Below are positions 29,216 through 36,710 of a DNA stretch of 64,000 nucleotides, piece by piece. Source of the stretch: Peptococcaceae bacterium 1109 (GTDB lineage: Bacteria > Bacillota > Limnochordia > Darwinibacteriales > Darwinibacteriaceae); contig LDJB01000004.1 of the NCBI GenBank assembly GCA_001028815.1, forward strand, positions 13,733 through 77,732. The letters run 5' to 3'. The notes beneath the pieces were generated by a model, which saw only the letters and a program-made list of their open reading frames with translations, searched no databases and was not told the DNA's origin. The position numbers and the translations under genes were made by a program. Position 1 is the stretch's first letter. Every line of letters starts with the position of its first letter.

Positions 29216-29764
29216 CTACCTCCTAGGTGATTCTCCAAAACCTGCTTCCTCATATCCTGTGCGGATCCAACTCAGATAGTCTGCGGTAGGAGCCGCTGTT
29301 TCAGGTGTAACCATTCGCTTCTTCCTATCTGTCATCACATAGGCCATGGCTGAGAATCTCATTCTGCCGCAGGAGATCACGAAGTTCTCCTTGCGGTAAT
29401 CTCTTAGCCTGCGGCCTAGGCTCGCGGAAAGGGCCTTTTCCAGGGCATCCTTAAGCGTTTCCTGGGGCAGCTTTGGCTGCGAGGCGAGATACGCCCTCAT
29501 CAGAACAGCTGAGGCCACATAGGTTGGATAATAGCCAAATTCAACGCGGGCATCCGCGGGCATTTTCCAACTGTCGCTCAGCCTAAAAGAGCCATCTTCT
29601 GCTTGGAACTGGAGCACCTCCTGCAGGGCTTGGGCATCAACCTCGGGGCAGTGGGAAAGCATGGCCTCAAGAGCTGCTATGGTTCTTCTAGCTGCGACTA
29701 AATCAGGGGAGTGAGCAGGAAATCTCCTCAGCGGTAGGTTCTCATGGCGATGTTCCATCCTCAT
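29216..29764 (-). pseudogene. Hypothetical N-terminal domain joined to the C-terminal end of a gamma-glutamylcyclotransferase-like domain; probably internally deleted
   Basis: The tail AMAYVMT...PTADYLSWIRTGYEEAGF resembles GGCT/AIG2 ends, but the GGCT N-terminal YxAYGSN motif is absent. Confidence 0.45.
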
Positions 29765-29854
29765 AGACGATCGACCTCCTAGATGGCTTTATCGTGCGGT
29801 AATTATACCTCAGGAGGCCAGATAAAACTATGCATTCAAATGTCGAGTTTGGCT

Positions 29855-30532
29855 TTACATGTAGTCAATCTCATCCCAGTCTATAAAGATCTCACTAGAG
29901 TGCCGTGACAACGTTGAGCCTTCCTCAAGATCCCGGAAGGTGATTATCCCTTCTTTGTAGTTCCTAACGCGGCCGAGCCTTGTAACACGGTCACCCTTCT
30001 CGGTTGTATAGGTAATTTTCACCTGCCGGCCGCTTTTGAGCAGATAAAGAATGTTCGTCCGGTAGATATCCTCTTCGGGGCGGTTTTGAGCAGGCTCTTT
30101 GGGAATTTCCACATCCAGGACGTGCTGTAACCTCCCCTTGGCATAGTCGGTAAGCTGGCGGTATACATAGTTTAAGAGGTGTCTGTATGTTTCCCTCACC
30201 TGTTGATCTGGGTCCCTGCAGCCCCATTGTAGGGCTTTGAGCAGTGCAGTAAGCTCTGTTAGGTTAAGCGCTAGAAACAGGGGATGGACGGTTGATTTGT
30301 AGTACTTCAATGAATGGCCGCGGGTTTCTTCAGTTATCTTGAGGGTGGTGCCTAAGAACTCAAAGCCATCCTGCAGAGCCCGAAGATCTCTCTGGATGGT
30401 TCGGGGATCTACCGTCTCTGCGTCCTCTGACCGGAAATAATCCCCGATATCAGCGGTTCGCATAGGATTGCCCTGCAAGAGCTTGAGAATCTCTAGCCTG
30501 CGGACGAGAGGCCCGCCCCGGATCCTGGACAT
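29855..30532 (-). CDS. wHTH + WYL-like putative transcriptional regulator
   Basis: RRLEILKLLQ...ADI...PRTIQRDLRALQ (HTH_11-like); C-terminal GRQVKITYTT beta domain; start at MSRIR after AGGGG. Confidence 0.6.
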   Translation of the reverse strand: MSRIRGGPLVRRLEILKLLQGNPMRTADIGDYFRSEDAETVDPRTIQRDLRALQDGFEFLGTTLKITEETRGHSLKYYKSTVHPLFLALNLTELTALLKALQWGCRDPDQQVRETYRHLLNYVYRQLTDYAKGRLQHVLDVEIPKEPAQNRPEEDIYRTNILYLLKSGRQVKITYTTEKGDRVTRLGRVRNYKEGIITFRDLEEGSTLSRHSSEIFIDWDEIDYM

Positions 30533-30606
30533 ATCTCTTCCCCTTTTCAGAAAGAATCGCGAACTTTCGTAATAAAAGATCATTCATAACACGAACTCAG
30601 TACCAG

Positions 30607-30635
30607 TTGACAGAATCCTCCAACTATATTACGAT
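30607..30635 (+). promoter_or_regulatory. Sigma-A promoter of the opine dehydrogenase operon
   Basis: TTGACA-N17-TACGAT. Confidence 0.7.
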
Positions 30636-30655
30636 TACATTAGGCCTTATTATCG

Positions 30656-30713
30656 AAGCCTTGTCTCGGTGCAGAGTAACCCCTCTTAAACCAAGGCAAG
30701 GCTTTTATATTTC
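30656..30713 (+). promoter_or_regulatory. Long leader hairpin followed by a T-rich tract (attenuator-like)
   Basis: AAGCCTTGTCTCGGT...ACCAAGGCAAGGCTT then TTATATTTC, between promoter and RBS. Confidence 0.45.
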
Positions 30714-30782
30714 ATTCCCAGCTCTACCCACCCTTTCTCAAGCCAATCTGTCTTGAACGCTCCGCATAAAGGAGGTCGCACG

Positions 30783-31865
30783 ATGAACGTCATTGTGATT
30801 GGTGCTGGAAACTCCGGCCTTGCCACAGCCGGACACTTGACAAAAGAGGGAGACACTGTGGTTCTTTGGAATCGGTCCCGTGAGACCATTGACGAGCTCA
30901 TGGATGACCGGAAGATTACCCTGCACGGTGCCATCGAAGGAGAGTATGAGATCGCTCTCATCACCGATGACTTGAAACAAGCCTTAAGTTTCTTCGAGCC
31001 GCAGGTGATCCTTGTCACAACGCCAGCTAACTCTCATCGGGAAGTGGCAGAACTTTTGGCCAAACACATGCAAGTATCTCAGATCCTCATCGTCCTCAAT
31101 CCAGGGCGAACCTTTGGTGCTCTAGACTTCTACAACGTGTTCCGCATGCGCAACCGCTCTACTTCCCTTAAGGTAGCTGAAACGCAAACTATTGTCTACA
31201 CCTGCCGCAAGACCGAGCCAGATGCGGTGCATGTCATTTCCCTAAAAGAGAGGATCCCTATCTCTACCCTAAATCCGAGGGAAAATGAGGAGATCATCAA
31301 GATGCTCCCTAAATGCCTCCAGCCGTACTTTGTCCCGGCAAGGTCCATGATCCAGACGTCCCTTGGGAATGTGGGGATGGTTCTTCACTGTGCACCCTTG
31401 CTGCTAAACACAGGCTGGACTGAGAGCACAGACGGTAGCTACAAGTACTATTACGAGGGGATAACGCCCTCTATCGGCAGACTCATAGAAAGAATAGATG
31501 CGGAGAGAGTTGAGGTATCCAGGCAGCTAGGCTATGAGGTGGAAACTGTCCTGGACTGGCTGAGAAGGACGTACCGGGTAGAAGGCAGCAGCGTTTTCCA
31601 GTGCATTCAGGCTATCGAAGCCTATAAAACCATCGATGCACCCTCTTCCCTTAGGCACCGCTATATCCTCGAAGATGTCCCCTTTGGGCTGGTGCCCCTG
31701 GAGGCAGTGGGAAAGGCACTGCGGCTAGATATGCAGTACACTACACTGGTCATCGATCTCGCCAACGCTCTCCTTGAGGAAGACTTCCGGGAATCGGGCC
31801 GTAACTTGGGGAGCCTCTTACGCCCAGAGGGACTGGAGTCTTTCACATCGATGATGATGCAATAA
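30783..31865 (+). CDS. NAD(P)-dependent opine (octopine/nopaline) dehydrogenase family protein
   Basis: VIGAGNSG Rossmann fold, LNPGRTFG, N.GMVLH, YYEGITPS, D.ER, RYILEDVPFGLVP; AAAGGAGG RBS. Confidence 0.9.
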   Translation: MNVIVIGAGNSGLATAGHLTKEGDTVVLWNRSRETIDELMDDRKITLHGAIEGEYEIALITDDLKQALSFFEPQVILVTTPANSHREVAELLAKHMQVSQILIVLNPGRTFGALDFYNVFRMRNRSTSLKVAETQTIVYTCRKTEPDAVHVISLKERIPISTLNPRENEEIIKMLPKCLQPYFVPARSMIQTSLGNVGMVLHCAPLLLNTGWTESTDGSYKYYYEGITPSIGRLIERIDAERVEVSRQLGYEVETVLDWLRRTYRVEGSSVFQCIQAIEAYKTIDAPSSLRHRYILEDVPFGLVPLEAVGKALRLDMQYTTLVIDLANALLEEDFRESGRNLGSLLRPEGLESFTSMMMQ

Positions 31866-31880
31866 GCGGGAGGTCAACGA

Positions 31881-33779
31881 ATGAGCAGCATTCGCTACGC
31901 TTTTTTGAAGCCTACTTTGGACGCACACACCTTGGGAATCAATGCCGCAGTTGACTTGGTGCGGGATTGCGGGTATGAGGTGATCGTGGGAGATCAAGCA
32001 GTTAGTGAATACCTGAATGAGATTCAGCATGAAAAGCATCAGGAGTATATTATAGAGTGGCTGAGGGCACAAAGGATTAACAGAGTTGGGCTAACCTACA
32101 GACTTGACCCTGAGGCAGCGGTGGACATGGTTGGGTATTTCATCCGCGCCTTGCGGTCGGCGGAGCTTTTGAGCCACCAAGGGGGGCCCATTGATGGAGT
32201 TTTCTTTGCGGGCCTTCCCAGCGCATGTGAGAGGATTGAAAAGGAACACAAAGGCTTGGTGGTTACCTTCGGGGGTGGTGAATCTCCTAGTGAGACCCTG
32301 GTGAAGCTGAATGTACCGTCCGAGCGCATTCCCAGGGACGTGCTAGCTGGATCGGGCTACGATGATTTCCGCCTGCAGTTCGGGAGCGATGTGATCAACA
32401 GCCAAGAGTACTTGGGGCTTCAGCCAGTGGATCGCTCAGGGTACCCTGAGTTTGGCACGAGGCGAGACACGGTGGAAAGGCGGCTGCAGCATGCCCTCAA
32501 ACACGAGCCGTTCTACCCCTTGATGCGAGCCCACTGCGGCCCATACGATGCCAAGGGCACCAGGGAGGAGTCCGTGAAGGAATTTATCGCCTGGGCGAGG
32601 CAGCTTGGGAAAAACGGGTATCTGGACATCCTCTCCATCGGAACCTCACAGCTTACTCAGTCCAACTTCGGCGAGAATTGGGGTGACCGCCCCAACGGCG
32701 GCGGCGTGCCCATCAACAGCCCTGAGGAGTACCGGGAAGTGTGGGAAAACTCCCGCCCCCTGCTCCTGCGGACTTATGCAGGCACAAAGCGCATCCCAGA
32801 ACTGGCAGCCATCCACGAGGAAACTATCAACATCTGCTGGCACGCCTTGTCCCTCTGGTGGTTCAACCAACTCGATGGGCGTGGGCCATACGATCTCTAT
32901 ACAAATCTCCAGCAGCACGTGGAGGCCCTGCGATACATTGCCCAGACAGGCAAGCCTTTTGAGGCAAATGTGTCGCACCACTTCGCCTTCCGGGGTGCGG
33001 ATGATGTGACATATATCGTTTCCGCTTACTTGGCTGCGAAGCTTGCCAAGTCATTGGGCATCCGAACTTATATCCTGCAAAACATGCTGAACACCCCGCG
33101 GATGACCTGGGGTGTGCAGGACCTAGCCAAATCCAGGGCTATGCTTACACTCCTTCGAGAGCTGGAGGGCCCCACCTTCCGCGTGATCCTCCAACCTCGA
33201 GCAGGGCTAGATTACTTCCGCCCCGATCTTTACGAGGCGAAAGTACAGCTCGCGGCTGTAACGGCCCTCATGGATGATATTGAGCCTCTAGATGAAACAA
33301 GCCCACCCATTATTCATGTGGTGAGCTACTCGGAAGCGGTGCATTTGGCCACACCTGATATCATCGACGACAGCGTTAAGATAACCCTGTTTGCCCTCAA
33401 AAAGTACAGGGAGCTTCGGAAAGGCGGCGCTATAGAAGATATGAGTGCAAACGGGGATGTGGCTGCTCGCCAGGCTGCGCTTCTCCGTTCGGCACGAATC
33501 GTGATCGCCAGCCTCGAACGGCACATCCCTCAGTTGTACACACCCGAAGGGCTGTACCTGGCCTTTGCTGCGGGCTTCTTACCCACACCATTCCTGTGGA
33601 ATGACTCTGGGGAGTACCAGTTCGCAAAACGTTGGAACACCAAATCTTACAGGGGTGGCACCGTTTTGGTCGATGAACAAGGCAAACCCATCAGCCCTGA
33701 AGAGGTGGTGAACTACGCCGTGAGCAACCTGCCCGAAGGCCACTACCTCCTCAAGGAGAAAGCTCCACAGCGTGGTTGA
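31881..33779 (+). CDS. Cobalamin-binding domain protein with a mutase-like TIM barrel
   Basis: N-terminal LDAHTLG (DxHxxG), then G.EV and VGLTY; large alpha/beta C-terminal region with LDILSIG...GGGVPI; no CxxxCxxC. Confidence 0.75.
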   Translation: MSSIRYAFLKPTLDAHTLGINAAVDLVRDCGYEVIVGDQAVSEYLNEIQHEKHQEYIIEWLRAQRINRVGLTYRLDPEAAVDMVGYFIRALRSAELLSHQGGPIDGVFFAGLPSACERIEKEHKGLVVTFGGGESPSETLVKLNVPSERIPRDVLAGSGYDDFRLQFGSDVINSQEYLGLQPVDRSGYPEFGTRRDTVERRLQHALKHEPFYPLMRAHCGPYDAKGTREESVKEFIAWARQLGKNGYLDILSIGTSQLTQSNFGENWGDRPNGGGVPINSPEEYREVWENSRPLLLRTYAGTKRIPELAAIHEETINICWHALSLWWFNQLDGRGPYDLYTNLQQHVEALRYIAQTGKPFEANVSHHFAFRGADDVTYIVSAYLAAKLAKSLGIRTYILQNMLNTPRMTWGVQDLAKSRAMLTLLRELEGPTFRVILQPRAGLDYFRPDLYEAKVQLAAVTALMDDIEPLDETSPPIIHVVSYSEAVHLATPDIIDDSVKITLFALKKYRELRKGGAIEDMSANGDVAARQAALLRSARIVIASLERHIPQLYTPEGLYLAFAAGFLPTPFLWNDSGEYQFAKRWNTKSYRGGTVLVDEQGKPISPEEVVNYAVSNLPEGHYLLKEKAPQRG

Positions 33780-33787
33780 AAGACTAA

Positions 33788-33816
33788 GAGCTAGGCATAG
33801 GCCTAGCTCATTTTTT
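33788..33816. terminator. Terminator between convergent genes
   Basis: GAGCTAGGC-ATAG-GCCTAGCTC-ATTTTTT. Confidence 0.75.
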
Positions 33817-34232
33817 ACTCAAAGACAACTTGGGCTTCTGCGGTAACGTCCTTACCGCCTGTAATCGTAACTTTCAGGGTGTAGGTCTTACCCTTATACT
33901 GTGCGATGTAATCTTCCTCTGACAGTTCGCTAGGGTTAAAGGGAAGGTTCAGCGGTTGGATCTCGGTGCGGCCAACACCAGGAACTACGACCGCACTGGT
34001 ACCGAGGTTAATTTCGGTCCGATTAGCGGAGGCTCCATCTTCATCAAGAAGTTCCAGGATCAGCCTGTTCAGCTGCAGTACACCGAATCCTTGGGTACGG
34101 AGCTTGAACGTGATATCTGCGCTTCTTTGCCGTACTCATACGTGATCGGATTGGGAGTGATAGTCATAACCAATGATGCTTGAAAACAGCCAGTGGCGTT
34201 ACGGCGAGGAGAAGAATAACTGCGATTTTCAT
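33815..34232 (-). pseudogene. Frameshifted lipoprotein gene
   Basis: Hand translation across two -1 shifts: MKIAVILLLAVT/TGCFQASLVMTITPNPITYEYG/RSADITFKLRTQGFG...KTYTLKVTITGGKDVTAEAQVVFE*; lipobox-like TGC. Confidence 0.6.
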
Positions 34233-34287
34233 TAATCGTGAAAAACTAATCCCCCGTTTCCAGTTTGCGAATCTAAGTGGCTTCCGC

Positions 34288-36288
34288 TTAACCTTCTACC
34301 TGTTCCAGCCCGATTCCTCCTGATGAAGCATCAAGGGAACCGAGTTCTAAGACGTACTCCCAAGGCCGCTTAAGCCGCCGGGTGGACTTGACAAGGCGGG
34401 ACAACTGGCCTGGATGTGACCGGTAATAGTAGAGCTGTTCTTTCAGATTATCCACATAGAACCCTTGATTCAGAGCCCGGGTGATCCATTCGTAGTCTTC
34501 TGCTCCTTTCAGGAAGCTGGTGAGGCCTCCTATGCGTTCAAAGAGAGCACGCTTAAAGAGCAGTGTACCGAAACAGATCACGTGTCCGCCATTCTGGTAG
34601 CTGGTGGCGATCCGCTCAAAACCGTAGCGCACCATGTAGCTTCGTCGCTTTTTGGTAATGTCCCCGGCAAAGACGGCGAAGTTGGTCCCTACGAAACTGT
34701 AGTCAGGGTTAGCAAGGAGGAATGCAACCTGTTTTTCCAGCCTCTGGGGATGGCTTATATCATCTGAGTCTTGATTAGCAATAAGCTTCCCTGTGCTGAG
34801 GCGATAGGCGATGCTTTGGGCCGAGGCATATCCCGTGTTGTGGGGCAATGCCAAATAGACAAAGGAGAGCCCGTCCTTATCTTCCAGCGCAGCCCACCAG
34901 TTCTGGGAAACCTCTCCGGTATTATCTGTGGAACCATCATTGACAACCACGATCTCCAGGGGACGGTATGTCTGGGCGGCTAGGGACTGCAGGCACTCCT
35001 CTAGGTATTGGCCTCGGTTATACGCAGGGATTGCCACGCTGACCAAGGGCCGTTCGTCAAAAAGGGAGAGGCTTGGCACATTCTGCTTGCCTCCCCGCCG
35101 CTTCTGTCCTGCTGGCTTCTCGTCGCTTGTGGCTAGTTCAGGCAGCAAGGACGAGCTCAACTCCTTGCCCGCTAGGGTGTCTTCATAGAACTGCAGGGTC
35201 TGCTTGGCGATGTCTTTGATATCGAAGTTGGCCAATACCCATTCCCGCAGTTTGGCTGCGTTTTGCTCCGCTTCCGCGATGTTTTCTAAGACGCGACGCA
35301 GATCGTTTGTTAACCGTTCCACGGTGAGGGGGTAGGCCCAGTGGTGGTCTCCGAAATACACTGACCAGGCCTTTTCGAGGTTGCTCGGTTCGAGATAGCC
35401 AACATAGGAGGCGTTGCCGCCTGCAATCAACGGCCTTTGGCAACTCAGGGCTTCCAGAGCAACCCGGGCTGTGCCGATAACCACATCCGCTGCTTGGAAG
35501 CAGTGAAGGGGGTCAATCCTTTGACCGATTACCCTTACCACGTCTTTGCTTGCAGCGGCGTTGGCGAGCCGAGCAGCTGCATGGACTAACGGTTGGTGAG
35601 CTCCTCCCCCCACAATCGCGAGGTGAAGGGGAAACTCCCCTTGGAGATTGACAACCGCTTGGATGGCCGCTTCCACAACACGGGTCTTTTCCCAGGCAAG
35701 GCGGCTCACGATGACGGCCAGTCTCTCCTCTTCTGGGATCTGAAGCTCGGCCCGGAAGGGGTTGAGCTTTTCTCCAGGTGTGAAGTACTCCGTATCGACC
35801 CCATTGGGTATTAGTGCAATCTGATGAATGGGATAGTCAATGGCTTTGGAGAGCCAATTGACAACAGGGCTGCTTACGGCAATCACTTTAGGACAGCGAT
35901 CTAGAAGCCCTCTAAGCCTGCGGGGTGGATAAAACTTGCCGTGGATGGTTGCCACCGTGGGTACTAGGGTTTCATCGCTCACTTGGACTGCTACCTTCAG
36001 GGCAGCAATGGAATGGGCATGGATCAGGTTCACACTATGGGTTACAACCAGCTCTTTGGCCTTCTCCAGGAGAAGCTTGTACTCGGAATAGACTGGGTTA
36101 TCGCTCTTGAAGGGCAGGTGTGCGATTTCAAGTTGGCTCTCTGAATATCCATCGAGAAGGACGCCCCCGGCAGTGCCGATAACGACGTTAACGCCCTCCT
36201 TTTTTAGTTGCTTAGCTAATGACAGGACGTGGGTTTCTGTCCCGCCCACATCTAGTTGATTGACCAGCATCAAAACGGTCAGGGCCAC
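34288..36288 (-). CDS. Bifunctional glycosyltransferase (GT4 + GT2)
   Basis: GGTETHV, IPNGVDT..F, ALEALS (GT-B); VSVAIPAYN, VVVNDGSTDN, QDSDD, EDYEW (GT-A). Start taken at GTG after GAGGTGG. Confidence 0.88.
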   Translation of the reverse strand: MALTVLMLVNQLDVGGTETHVLSLAKQLKKEGVNVVIGTAGGVLLDGYSESQLEIAHLPFKSDNPVYSEYKLLLEKAKELVVTHSVNLIHAHSIAALKVAVQVSDETLVPTVATIHGKFYPPRRLRGLLDRCPKVIAVSSPVVNWLSKAIDYPIHQIALIPNGVDTEYFTPGEKLNPFRAELQIPEEERLAVIVSRLAWEKTRVVEAAIQAVVNLQGEFPLHLAIVGGGAHQPLVHAAARLANAAASKDVVRVIGQRIDPLHCFQAADVVIGTARVALEALSCQRPLIAGGNASYVGYLEPSNLEKAWSVYFGDHHWAYPLTVERLTNDLRRVLENIAEAEQNAAKLREWVLANFDIKDIAKQTLQFYEDTLAGKELSSSLLPELATSDEKPAGQKRRGGKQNVPSLSLFDERPLVSVAIPAYNRGQYLEECLQSLAAQTYRPLEIVVVNDGSTDNTGEVSQNWWAALEDKDGLSFVYLALPHNTGYASAQSIAYRLSTGKLIANQDSDDISHPQRLEKQVAFLLANPDYSFVGTNFAVFAGDITKKRRSYMVRYGFERIATSYQNGGHVICFGTLLFKRALFERIGGLTSFLKGAEDYEWITRALNQGFYVDNLKEQLYYYRSHPGQLSRLVKSTRRLKRPWEYVLELGSLDASSGGIGLEQVEG

Positions 36289-36377
36289 ATTTACCACCTC
36301 GGTCAAGTTATGCCCTAGTATATGAGGTGGAAAAGCCATGTGGCATGGCTATTTTTCAAGCTAGTACTGGCGAAGGC

Positions 36378-36710
36378 CTAGTCCTCTACCCATTCCAACC
36401 AGATGCCGTCGTCAAATCCTCCCCGTTCACTTCTCTTCCTGTCCTTGAGTTGCAGGACTTCCTCGAAGGAAGAACCAAGGTGAGCGGCCAAACCATCGAT
36501 TACTTCCAGTATATCCGCGAGCTCTTCTACGTCCCGCTCAGAATCAAGAAACTCTCTCCACTCCTCCAGGAGCTTTGCCTCAAGCCCTGCGATGAGCTGC
36601 TCTCCGCTCACCTGAGAAAAACGGCACTTCTTTCCGTTGGCATTGATGATCTCCGGGATGCGGTCCCGCACTAACTTGTCATATACAGCTATGATAATCC
36701 ACCCTCTCAT
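36378..36710 (-). CDS. MazG-like nucleoside triphosphate pyrophosphohydrolase
   Basis: YDKLVRDRIPEII, KLLEEWREF, EELADILEV, KRSERGGF. Confidence 0.88.
   Translation of the reverse strand: MRGWIIIAVYDKLVRDRIPEIINANGKKCRFSQVSGEQLIAGLEAKLLEEWREFLDSERDVEELADILEVIDGLAAHLGSSFEEVLQLKDRKRSERGGFDDGIWLEWVED

Noticed and set aside
30636..30782. Cobalamin riboswitch upstream of the B12-binding operon
   Set aside because: The leader is short and lacks the GGGAA and B12-box elements; kept only as an unexplained hairpin.
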